Shown here: in pieces, positions 9,092 through 17,042 of the stretch | Position numbering within the stretch: the first letter of the stretch is position 1 | How the letters are laid out: every line of letters starts with the position of its first letter | DNA from: a virus | DNA length: 64,000 nt | IMG/VR virus record: IMGVR_UViG_3300012848_000031 | Direction: 5' to 3' (one strand) | The notes under the pieces: generated by a model | The model's input: the letters and a program-made list of their open reading frames with translations, nothing else | What the model was told of the DNA's origin: nothing | Database searches by the model: none | Program-made: the position numbers and the translations under genes

Positions 9092-9870
9092 GGCACCGCC
9101 GTCTCGCTAGCGACTGCCTTGCTCGCACCACCGAACGTCATCTGCATTCGCGTCAGCCAGTCCTCGACCCATTCGGCCGCGAGCTTCGCGCGCGGGCTGG
9201 TCTCAGGCGTGTCGCCGCGGCCGATACCCATGAAGAACACCTCGGCGGGCCGGCCCGAATTCGGCGCAAGGCCCTGGAGGTCACTGAAGTCGACGCCGCG
9301 CACATTCGCGATCGTGCCGACGAGGCACGCGCACTCGCCCGTGTACGTCGAGCCATCGACCCGGCCATCGCGCAGAGCCGCGAGCAGCCCGGGCACTTCG
9401 GCGGGCGCCGAAGAGAGCACGGCCCAGATGTCATCGCGGATCGGCGTGAGGTCGGCGCCCGTGAGGTCGGCGCCCGTGAGGACGGCGCCCGTGAGGTCGG
9501 CGTCCGTGAGGTCGGCGCCCGTGAGGACGGCGCGCGTGAGGTCGGCGCCCGTGAGGACGGCGCGCGTGAGGTCGGCGCCCGTGAGGACGGCGCGCGTGAG
9601 GTCGGCGCCCGTGAGGTCGGCGCCCGTGAGGACGGCGTCCGTGAGGACGGCGCGCGTGAGGTCGGCGTCCGTGAGGACGGCGCGCGTGAGGTCGGCGCCC
9701 GTGAGGTCGGCGCCCGTGAGGACGGCGCCCGTGAGGACGGCGCGCGCCTCGATCGCCTTCTTCACTGCGAACCCGAGCCGCAGGCCGTAACTCCAGCCTG
9801 CGACCTCGCCCTCCAATTCGCACTCGAACTGGACTGCCCCGCTCCATCGATTCTTGATCTGAAACTCCAT
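9088..9870 (-). CDS. Pentapeptide-repeat protein
   Basis: 20 x A(D/V)LT(G/R/D/P); ATG 9870 preceded by GAGGGAG. Confidence 0.92.
   Translation of the reverse strand: MEFQIKNRWSGAVQFECELEGEVAGWSYGLRLGFAVKKAIEARAVLTGAVLTGADLTGADLTRAVLTDADLTRAVLTDAVLTGADLTGADLTRAVLTGADLTRAVLTGADLTRAVLTGADLTDADLTGAVLTGADLTGADLTPIRDDIWAVLSSAPAEVPGLLAALRDGRVDGSTYTGECACLVGTIANVRGVDFSDLQGLAPNSGRPAEVFFMGIGRGDTPETSPRAKLAAEWVEDWLTRMQMTFGGASKAVASETAVP
9442..9741 (-). repeat. 20 x 15-bp tandem repeat
   Basis: Minus-strand unit GCCG(A/T)CCTCACG followed by GGC/CGC/GAC (CCG in the last unit). Confidence 0.97.
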
Positions 9871-9986
9871 GGAAGACTCCCTCGTTAGTGATCCGCCCCG
9901 CCTGCCGGCCCGGTGACTCTCTGTCGGAGTGAAAGCCACCAACCCACTTGCTACCGGCAGACGAGGCAGAAGCTGTTGTTCTGTTG

Positions 9987-10853
9987 CTAGCGGCTCGTCT
10001 TCGAGGCAAACGTCGTGTCGGGGAACACGCGCACGCCGGGAATGTTGGCCTGCGGGCCGAGCGCATTGACGACGCGGCGGATCTTCGTCTCGTCGACGCT
10101 CAGGTACTCGCGCGGGATCTTCGACTCGTCCTGGATCTCGAAGCCCCAGCCCTTGCGCTTGCTGAGCCCGGAGACTGCCGGCGCGGAACGCTGCGCAATG
10201 GGCGCCACGATCTGCGCGGCCACGGTCGCGACCTTCTCCTGCGCTTTGCTCTCGGTGGCTTCGGCCTTGTTTTCGAGTTTGGCCGCGCTCGTCGCGAGCT
10301 TGCTGGCTTCACGCTCTGCGGCCCTGGCCGCTTCCGCGTCGCCAGCCTTGCGGGCCTCTTCAGCCTCGCGGCGCTTTTGCTCTTCGGCCTGGCGCTGCCG
10401 CTCGGCTTCGGCACGCTCGGCATCCGCCTTCTCGCGCGCCTTGCGCTCGATCTCGCGGGCCTCGGCCTCCTTCCGCTCGCGTTCCTGGCGCGCGAGCTCG
10501 TCGAGGCGGGCCTGCTCGGCCTTACGCAACTCCTCCTGCTGCTTGTCCCAGGCCTTGAGCTTGCCTTCCAGCAGTTCCTTGGCCTGCTTCAAGTACGTCA
10601 GTGGGGCGCGGAAAAAGTTATCGACGCGCCGACAGGCTTCTAGCGATGGCGCCTTCAGCTCCTCGCGCTCCGCGTCGACCTCCTTCCAACGCGCCTTGAT
10701 CGCGGCGAGGTCGGTGGCGGCCGTTACATAGTCAGCGTTCGTACGGATCTCGAAGGCGCGAACGCGCTCGAGGTCCTGTTCGGTGCGGCTTACGATGCTC
10801 GCATCGGGCATCGGCGTGCGTACATCAACCAGCAGGTTTGTTGCGGCGTCCAT
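9987..10853 (-). CDS. Coiled-coil phage protein in the recombination module
   Basis: E/K/R/A-rich helical centre; C-terminal IPREYL.VDE.KIR motif. Confidence 0.75.
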   Translation of the reverse strand: MDAATNLLVDVRTPMPDASIVSRTEQDLERVRAFEIRTNADYVTAATDLAAIKARWKEVDAEREELKAPSLEACRRVDNFFRAPLTYLKQAKELLEGKLKAWDKQQEELRKAEQARLDELARQERERKEAEAREIERKAREKADAERAEAERQRQAEEQKRREAEEARKAGDAEAARAAEREASKLATSAAKLENKAEATESKAQEKVATVAAQIVAPIAQRSAPAVSGLSKRKGWGFEIQDESKIPREYLSVDETKIRRVVNALGPQANIPGVRVFPDTTFASKTSR

Positions 10854-11424
10854 ATATCTCTCGGAATCGGTAGATGTTGAGGGCGCTCACGAACCACGAG
10901 TAATCGCGGGAGTCGGTGAGCGGGATGAGCTTGTAGTCGTCGGGCTTCAGCCAGAGGCAGGCGCGCTTGCGCTCGCGGCCGCCACGCATTTCGCGGTACA
11001 GCTGCTCATAGCCCGCCGTCTGCAGACCAACGGTTGATGGCACGACCGATGTGAACTTCGCGTCGATGATCCACTCGGCGCCGCCGAGCATCACGGCAAG
11101 GTCGAGCATGCCGGCGCAGCGGAGCTTCTGAGAGTGAACGCGGTACTCACTGGCGATCACGACGCAGCCGGATTCTTTGATGAAGCGCTGCGCGCCGCGC
11201 AGATAGGGTGTCAGCGCGGGATGGAGCGCGTACCAGTCCAGCTCCCCCCGCACCATGAGGTGCAGCGCCTCGTGCCCGTGTGTGCCGAAGACGCGCGCCG
11301 CCTCGAGGACGTCTGGCGGGATGCCGTCGAGTTCGATCAGCGGGTCGAGCACCTGCGTGACGCTCGGCACTCTCTCGCCGCCGAGCGTGTAGGTGTGACT
11401 CGCTGAATCGAACTCGATGCGCAT
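10825..11424 (-). CDS. PD-(D/E)XK (RecB/Cas4-like) exonuclease
   Basis: PSVTQVL, GTHGH, AGMLD, IDAK, LQTAGY; adjacent to Bet. Confidence 0.8.
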   Translation of the reverse strand: MRIEFDSASHTYTLGGERVPSVTQVLDPLIELDGIPPDVLEAARVFGTHGHEALHLMVRGELDWYALHPALTPYLRGAQRFIKESGCVVIASEYRVHSQKLRCAGMLDLAVMLGGAEWIIDAKFTSVVPSTVGLQTAGYEQLYREMRGGRERKRACLWLKPDDYKLIPLTDSRDYSWFVSALNIYRFREIYGRRNKPAG

Positions 11425-11428
11425 CGGA

Positions 11429-12277
11429 TCAGCGACCCTTCTTCTCGACCCAGGCCAGGAAGTCAGGCACCTGGTCAAATGTCAGGGCTTCGAGCTGCTC
11501 GAGCTTGAACTCCCCGCAGGCATCGCACTCCGGGACCTCGGCGTCGCTGAGCTTCTCGCGCAGGAGCTTCAGCTGTTCTTCGTTGATCAGCGCCGGCTGC
11601 CCGCTCGCGATCGGGCGCGGTGGCTCCGTCGCCGGCTTCTGCCCGGGCTTCTCGGACGTGACATCGATGATCCGCTCGCCCTCATCGGGATCGGAGATCC
11701 CGGACAGGCCGAACGCCTTTCGGCCGCACTGGATGATCGTCTTCCACTCCAGCATGCGGCGCGGCTTCGCGTTCCAGGGATCCGTGTTCACGTAGCACTC
11801 TGTGAACCACTCGATATGGCGAGTAGGCTTCTTCCGGTCTTTGCGCCAGATCACAACTTCGACCCAGGCGTAGTTCTTCTCGGATTCCTCCGGCGGCGGA
11901 TAGATGATTTCCCAGTCCTGAAACTGGGGATGGTTCTGGATGATCTTGATCCAGCCATCAATCGGAACGATCGGCTCGATCCCGCCTGCCTTATTCGGAA
12001 AGGCGTAGATCTGTTTCACGAATGGGTCGAGGTCATAGCGCTCGGCGACGATCAGCAGCGCGACCATCTGCTCATTGGTGATCTCCGGAGGTGGGCCGCC
12101 ATTCCGGCCGCGCTGTCGAAACGCCGTCGCCTTCAGAGTGTCCAGCATGTTTTTTTCTTCGATGCCGTAGCGCGCGGCGGTGCGCATCAGCAGGCTCGGA
12201 CGACCGTTGCGCAAGTGGGCGTTCGCGACCGCCTGCGTGGGCGCTTTCTGTGCAACGTTTGTTCTCGCTGAGGCCAT
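11429..12277 (-). CDS. bet: Bet/RecT family single-strand annealing protein
   Basis: YDLDPFVKQIYAFP...PIVPIDGWIKI...PRRML..K..IQC.R.AFG.SGI.D.DEGERI. Confidence 0.88.
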   Translation of the reverse strand: MASARTNVAQKAPTQAVANAHLRNGRPSLLMRTAARYGIEEKNMLDTLKATAFRQRGRNGGPPPEITNEQMVALLIVAERYDLDPFVKQIYAFPNKAGGIEPIVPIDGWIKIIQNHPQFQDWEIIYPPPEESEKNYAWVEVVIWRKDRKKPTRHIEWFTECYVNTDPWNAKPRRMLEWKTIIQCGRKAFGLSGISDPDEGERIIDVTSEKPGQKPATEPPRPIASGQPALINEEQLKLLREKLSDAEVPECDACGEFKLEQLEALTFDQVPDFLAWVEKKGR

Positions 12278-12351
12278 GTGTCAGATCTCCGCCCGGCGGC
12301 GCACCCTCATCGGGCGGGCGTGGTTGGTTGCGCCGATTTCGATGCGCGTGT

Positions 12352-12648
12352 TCAGTCCGTTGCCGTGTCGGCAATCCGTTCGTAGGAGATCGCGGGATTG
12401 CGTTTGATGTGCTTGCCGAAGTACGCGCCAACCGAGCCTTCGTGGCCGTCCGTCTGCACGAGTCGGGCTTGCTCGGCCATCAGTGACTCGAAGTGACCCT
12501 TCAGCCCCGGACCCATGTAGCGATACACCGGCCCGCGCACGCCCGGCTCCGCGCCCCGCCGCGGCGGGAACTCCGCCTCGAGCACGTCGAGGTCCGCGTC
12601 GTAGCCGACTGAGACGAGCTGTGATGAATCGACTGTGTGGCGTTTCAT
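12352..12648 (-). CDS. KTSC domain protein
   Basis: VDSSQLVSVGYD.....LE.EF...YRY...SVGAYF..HIK. Confidence 0.8.
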   Translation of the reverse strand: MKRHTVDSSQLVSVGYDADLDVLEAEFPPRRGAEPGVRGPVYRYMGPGLKGHFESLMAEQARLVQTDGHEGSVGAYFGKHIKRNPAISYERIADTATD

Positions 12649-12686
12649 TGGTCCGTGGCCTTTCTGGTTAGAATTCTCGGCAGCGC

Positions 12687-12899
12687 TCACTCCGCCTGCC
12701 GCCGCAAAATCGATGGCGTCTCGTACTGCGCGAAGTACTTCTGCAGGTCCCGCTGATCCGGCGAGAAGCGCTTGTCGCAGAAGCGGCGGGCCCGGCGGGC
12801 GCGCCGGCGGTCAAGCCAGTCGTGCACGTGCGTGAACAGCCAGGCCATCAGGCACACAGCGAGCAGGAAGAGAAAGGCGCCGACGGCTGCTTCCTTCAT
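12687..12899 (-). CDS. Small membrane protein
   Basis: N-terminal hydrophobic helix. Confidence 0.55.
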   Translation of the reverse strand: MKEAAVGAFLFLLAVCLMAWLFTHVHDWLDRRRARRARRFCDKRFSPDQRDLQKYFAQYETPSILRRQAE

Positions 12900-13093
12900 C
12901 ACGCGCACCCCTCGCAGCAGTCCATCCCGGGCGCCACGGGCTCGCCGCACTGGCACGTCCACACCACATCGCAGCCGCAGGGCTGCGAACCTTCATCCGC
13001 AAACGAGAGATCGAGGCCGTGAGGACAAAGCTCATCGGGCTCGGCTTGCCCGAGCAGATCCAGGACGCCGGCGATCGCGGGGTGCACGGTCAT
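12899..13093 (-). CDS. Cys-rich hypothetical protein
   Basis: Coupled ORF with CxC/CxxC motifs. Confidence 0.55.
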   Translation of the reverse strand: MTVHPAIAGVLDLLGQAEPDELCPHGLDLSFADEGSQPCGCDVVWTCQCGEPVAPGMDCCEGCA

Positions 13094-13539
13094 GGCGTCA
13101 CCTCGATGCCGAGGCGGCGCTGCTCAGCGTTGACCTCGTCTTTCGTGAACGGGCCATAGCCAGCCGGCACGTCCTCGTCTTCCCACTCCGGGCCGCAATG
13201 AGCCCACCACTGCAGGCAGACGCGGCAGCGACACGTGTAAGGATGATCGCTGGCGACTTCGAGAGCGGCGAGCGCGGCCGCGCCGTGCTCCTGCGTGATG
13301 GCCGAGCCCAGCTCGTCCTTCAGCTCCTGCAGCTCGTCGCCCTCGAATGTGAGCACGACGACGTCGCTGCTGTTTTCTTGAGAGTGGCTCACAGCGGCGA
13401 CCTCGAAGAACTGCTCATCGGCGTACGGGTCATCACCGTAAAGAAGTCCTCGCGCTTCCAGCACGGCATCGCTGCTTGTGGATTCGCAGCCATGAAAGAG
13501 CGCGCGTCGTCCTCCGAGCCAGCGCTGAACATCGCCCAA
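13090..13539 (-). CDS. Hypothetical protein (start uncertain)
   Basis: Strong codon bias in the 3' two-thirds; 5' part overlaps alternative ORF 13389..13628. Confidence 0.5.
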   Translation of the reverse strand: MGDVQRWLGGRRALFHGCESTSSDAVLEARGLLYGDDPYADEQFFEVAAVSHSQENSSDVVVLTFEGDELQELKDELGSAITQEHGAAALAALEVASDHPYTCRCRVCLQWWAHCGPEWEDEDVPAGYGPFTKDEVNAEQRRLGIEVTP

Positions 13540-13624
13540 CCTGCAGCTGTCTCCCCGGCGCGAACCGGACGCAACGGGAAACCATGCGCCACCAGCGCAG
13601 GGATACTGATGCTCTGCGAGTTGT

Positions 13625-13849
13625 TCATGACAGCGCCTCGTATTCGGCCATCGCGTGCTGATCGATCGCGCCCGTGCTCGGGTTCTTGAACCAGTAGCTG
13701 GGGTGCTCGCGCTTCAGGTCACGAAGTTCGCCGACCGTCTTCTCGACGGTGCCGGTGCCTCGCGACTCACAGCACATGAAGATGCCGTGCCAGCACGACG
13801 CCTGTAGGCAGTGACCGCACACCGTGATACGGCGATCCAGAATTCTCAT
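13625..13849 (-). CDS. Hypothetical protein
   Basis: TGATG coupling; CGHCLQASCWHGIFMC. Confidence 0.65.
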   Translation of the reverse strand: MRILDRRITVCGHCLQASCWHGIFMCCESRGTGTVEKTVGELRDLKREHPSYWFKNPSTGAIDQHAMAEYEALS

Positions 13850-14214
13850 CAGAACTCTCCCTGAAACGGTAGCCCGCTGTAGTGCCGGAAGGACGCCGGC
13901 GAGCGATCGTCGTCGAGATCTCGCAGCTCCAGCTCGCGCTCGACGTCCTCCGCCACCAGATGCCGCGCCTGCCTCTGAATCGAGGCGGTCACGAGCCGCG
14001 TGATTTCGCGCGCGCCCGCATCTGCAGACGTCTGCAAGGCATTCGCGAACGCATGCAGATCGTTCGGGTCTAGCAGGTCCCATTCGTGGTCGTCGTACTG
14101 GCGCACGACAATGGCGAGCTGCTCGACGGTCAGCTCGGCGTTCGGGCTGTTGCGGTCTGCCAGCTCATCGATGAGCGTGCGGTAGGCTGGGGTGAGGATG
14201 CGGGGGCCGCTCAT
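13849..14214 (-). CDS. Hypothetical protein
   Basis: Coupled ORF. Confidence 0.65.
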   Translation of the reverse strand: MSGPRILTPAYRTLIDELADRNSPNAELTVEQLAIVVRQYDDHEWDLLDPNDLHAFANALQTSADAGAREITRLVTASIQRQARHLVAEDVERELELRDLDDDRSPASFRHYSGLPFQGEF

Positions 14215-14510
14215 GACAACTCCACGCCATGCTGCGCGGCCAGTGCCCTGCCTGCCGCAGTGAACTGGACCCAGGAGAGTGATCGGTCGTCATAGTCGAC
14301 GAACGTCGTCACCAGCCTCGCGCGTTTGAGCTTCGTCAGGTGGCCCTTGGACTCGGGCGACCCACCGACATTGCCGCCGAACAGCGGCGTGCCGGACCAG
14401 TTCCCGGCGTCGCGGGCAAGAGCGAGAAAGAGGGTCAGCGCTTCGGGGCTGAGATTGACGTCAGCGGCGATCGACTGCTGAGGCGTCGATTCGTGGGTCG
14501 TGGTGCTCAT
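14211..14510 (-). CDS. Hypothetical protein, possible winged-helix
   Basis: GHLTKLKRARLV...WVQFTAAGRALA resembles a wHTH end. Confidence 0.6.
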   Translation of the reverse strand: MSTTTHESTPQQSIAADVNLSPEALTLFLALARDAGNWSGTPLFGGNVGGSPESKGHLTKLKRARLVTTFVDYDDRSLSWVQFTAAGRALAAQHGVELS

Positions 14511-14650
14511 CGCAGCACCGCCCGGCCGCTGCAGCCGATCTGTGCGAGTCGCTCCACGAAGCTTGCGGCCATGCTGGCCCGCGGGAACCAGAGCAGGTAC
14601 ACGACGCCGGGCCGTTCCGGGTCGCGCGCGACCACGCGGTAGCGGATCAC
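14507..14650 (-). CDS. Small hypothetical protein
   Basis: GTGA/ATGA coupling. Confidence 0.4.
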   Translation of the reverse strand: MIRYRVVARDPERPGVVYLLWFPRASMAASFVERLAQIGCSGRAVLR

Positions 14651-15048
14651 GACGCGCTCTCCTTCCGCTCGATCCGCAGGCCGTGGGGCGCGAAGGTCTC
14701 TTCGATGCGCTCGGCTTCGTCTCGGTCGAGCGGGACGCGCGTCCCGCCGATCCACAGAAGCGGGTCGTGGTACTGCAGATCGAGGTACGAGCGCTCACCT
14801 CCGCAATCGACGCCCATGCACAGCGAGATTTCATGTGCTCGTGTGCGCGTCTTCGGGAGCAGCAACTGCGCGAGATACGACGGCTCGATCCGGCCGCCAT
14901 ATTCACGGCGGAAGGAAAGATTGATCTCGAGGATGCACGGACGCTCGCGCGTCGCGGGCAGCGTCAACTGGATACTGGGCGGCATGGCGGGCTGGGCCGC
15001 AGTCTCTGTTCCGCCGGCCTGCGCGGTGCTCGTGCTGAGCGTGTTCAT
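14647..15048 (-). CDS. First gene of early-left operon, hypothetical
   Basis: ATG 15048 preceded by GGAGG, just downstream of PL-like promoter. Confidence 0.6.
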   Translation of the reverse strand: MNTLSTSTAQAGGTETAAQPAMPPSIQLTLPATRERPCILEINLSFRREYGGRIEPSYLAQLLLPKTRTRAHEISLCMGVDCGGERSYLDLQYHDPLLWIGGTRVPLDRDEAERIEETFAPHGLRIERKESAS

Positions 15049-15088
15049 GGTTCCGACCTCCAACGCAGTGGGTGATGCGTTGAAGCGG

Positions 15089-15132
15089 AAACTATACCCA
15101 TTCGTGGGTAGCGTCAACCCATAGATGGGTAT
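15089..15132 (-). promoter_or_regulatory. PL-like promoter with two 18-bp operators
   Basis: TTGACG(15117-15112)-17 bp-TAGTTT; operators ATACCCAT-TC-GTGGGTAG (15094-15111) and CAACCCAT-AG-ATGGGTAT (15115-15132). Confidence 0.8.
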
Positions 15133-15177
15133 TCTTGAACCAAGTCGCGCGTCGCAGGCCGGATCAGGCCAGTCGGG

Positions 15178-15801
15178 TCAGCGTCTTGGGGTGTCCAGTT
15201 TCAGCCGCATGGAGGCGGGATTAGCGATATACGCCCCCGACTGAATCATCGAGCTGCAGCGCTGCAGATCTTGCAGCTGGCCCGCGGCAGAAACAGGGCA
15301 AGCGTCTTCGATGGCGGTGATGCACCTGGCGGCGAGCGCGAGCTCGTGCGCGATCTCCTGGGAGCACAGCAGCCAGGCCGCCTGCGGAATGACGCTGCGC
15401 TTCGCCCGGGCGACCAGGTACTCATCCGCGTTGAGCAACTCGTCACGGCAGGCCTTCGCGAGCGGCTCGTTTCTCGCCGCGGTGAAGTCATCACAGCGAG
15501 CGAGCTGTACGCGCAGCAGGTTCTCGCGGATCGACAGGTACCAATCGCCGGCACCCTCATGCACAGGCCTGCCATCGCGAGCCGGAGCGGGCTGACATTG
15601 CTTCCAGATCTTGTCGACCCGGCACCATCCCAAGGTCAGAAGGTGGCCCTGTATCGTATCCCGCAGATGGCAAGCACCGATCTGGGTGCGGCATAGCTCG
15701 TTCGCCGCTTCCGCCTGGTGCATGTACTCCTGAGGCGTGAAGTCCGCCGGCGTGGCACTCGAGGCCCCGAGTAGCAGAACAGCGATCGATAGTCGCTTCA
15801 T
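15178..15801 (-). CDS. Secreted Cys-rich protein downstream of repressor
   Basis: Signal-peptide-like MKRLSIAVLLLGASSATPA; 10 Cys. Confidence 0.7.
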   Translation of the reverse strand: MKRLSIAVLLLGASSATPADFTPQEYMHQAEAANELCRTQIGACHLRDTIQGHLLTLGWCRVDKIWKQCQPAPARDGRPVHEGAGDWYLSIRENLLRVQLARCDDFTAARNEPLAKACRDELLNADEYLVARAKRSVIPQAAWLLCSQEIAHELALAARCITAIEDACPVSAAGQLQDLQRCSSMIQSGAYIANPASMRLKLDTPRR

Positions 15802-15861
15802 GTTGGCCGCCTCGGTCTGGGTGAACGGTCGCCCCCCGGCCGGAATATGTCCGGCCCCGTT

Positions 15862-16287
15862 CTAGCGAGTAACTCGTCCACTTGAAGGTCGTTGAAGCTC
15901 CTGGTCATCGATGGGCGGTGCCAGCGGCCCTCTGAGCGACGTCTGGTGCGCAAAGTTCGGCGTGAGCAGATCCGCCGCGCTCACCCCGAAGACCACCGCG
16001 AGGTCCGCGATAGTGTCGATCTTCGTGCCAATCCCCTCCGACCCATCCTCGTCCGGCGTCTGCCCCCTGCGTTTCACGTGTGTCTTGATGGGAGCCAGCA
16101 CCCGCTGAATCGTCGACCATGAGCAGCCTGCCTCTTTCGCCAATTCTTTCTCGCGGTCGCTCGCCGTCCGATAGCGCGCCGCGGGAAATCTTCTCTCCAT
16201 GAGCAGCAGGACGTTCTCCGCGACTTTCTGTCGCAGCAGTAGCGCCGCCCTCGATACAGGCTTGTGTTCCTTGGTTTTTTTCGACAT
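15862..16287 (-). CDS. CI-like XRE repressor
   Basis: KELAKEAGCSWSTIQRVL...TIADLAVVFGVSAADLL; divergent from cro. Confidence 0.8.
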   Translation of the reverse strand: MSKKTKEHKPVSRAALLLRQKVAENVLLLMERRFPAARYRTASDREKELAKEAGCSWSTIQRVLAPIKTHVKRRGQTPDEDGSEGIGTKIDTIADLAVVFGVSAADLLTPNFAHQTSLRGPLAPPIDDQELQRPSSGRVTR

Positions 16288-16311
16288 CCAACACAAGCGT
16301 ATGCGCAATCC

Positions 16312-16355
16312 CTCCCCATCGCCGGGTTGCGAATACCCATCGATGGGTATACTTT
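16312..16355 (+). promoter_or_regulatory. PR-like promoter and operators
   Basis: Perfect palindrome ATACCCATCGATGGGTAT (16333-16350); degenerate copy 16312-16329; TTGCGA-17-TACTTT. Confidence 0.8.
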
Positions 16356-16361
16356 CAGGCG

Positions 16362-16592
16362 ATGGACGCAACACCTGAGTCGCCCCTTCTCGCGTACGTA
16401 CTGGAACAGCTGCAGGCCTCGAAGGGCCGCTGGCCGGCTGTGGCGGAAGGGTCGGGAGTGTCGAAACGCACCATCGAGAAAATCGCCTCTGGTGAGATCG
16501 ATGACCCAGGGGTCAAGAAGCTCGAGAAGCTGGCCGCGTTCTTCCGTGCCGACAGCTCGCAGCACGCGCCCCACACCGCCGCCCACGGCTGA
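16362..16592 (+). CDS. Cro-like HTH protein
   Basis: VAEGSGVSKRTIEKIASGEIDDPGVKKLEKLAAFF. Confidence 0.8.
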   Translation: MDATPESPLLAYVLEQLQASKGRWPAVAEGSGVSKRTIEKIASGEIDDPGVKKLEKLAAFFRADSSQHAPHTAAHG

Positions 16593-16674
16593 CGCCAGAA
16601 CACGGGACCCGCGCGGTGCTCATCAGACGCTTTCGCACGCACGACCTGACGACATATTCCAGCGGGAGCGCCGT

Positions 16675-16938
16675 ATGAGCGTTCCCCTCAAGGATTTCAG
16701 ACTGGGCATCACCGAGAGCATCGACATCTGGCTCGATGCGGTTGCAACCGCGCGCGGCGTCGACAAGGCCGCGGTGGCGCGTGAAGTACTGCGTGAGTGG
16801 GCGAAGGTGAAGGCGCATGAGCACAAGGTAGCGATGCGCCGGATGCAGGCGAATGGATTGCAGCCGGAGTTGGACGGCCTCGAGCCGGAAGATGATGGAG
16901 CCAGCCGGAGTGAAACCGGTAGGGCGCCGCGACGATGA
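16675..16938 (+). CDS. Small regulator (RHH-like, cII position)
   Basis: DFRLGIT...LDAVATARGVDKAAVAREVLREWA. Confidence 0.6.
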   Translation: MSVPLKDFRLGITESIDIWLDAVATARGVDKAAVAREVLREWAKVKAHEHKVAMRRMQANGLQPELDGLEPEDDGASRSETGRAPRR

Positions 16939-16972
16939 GTTTTCAAAGCTTTAGCTGATAGACGAACGAATG

Positions 16973-16997
16973 CCGGCTTCGCACGCCGGTTTTTTTT
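16973..16997 (+). terminator. Intrinsic terminator (tR1-like)
   Basis: CCGGC-ttcgcac-GCCGG followed by T8. Confidence 0.7.
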
Positions 16998-17042
16998 GTG
17001 CTGGGGGAGTTTCTTGACGACGCTGAAGCGGGCGGTCTGCCA

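Noticed and set aside
9442-9741. Tandem repeat as a CRISPR array, or the R/P/H-rich alternative-frame ORFs (8924..9790, 9431..10066)
   Set aside because: 15-bp units without spacers, in frame with a pentapeptide protein; the other frames are by-products. No cas genes are present.
10825-11424. Cas4/CRISPR adaptation gene
   Set aside because: Context next to Bet fits a phage recombination exonuclease.
13389-13628. Programmed frameshift joining ORFs 13389..13628 and 13090..13539
   Set aside because: The ORFs overlap, but I found no slippery site; the start cannot be resolved by eye.
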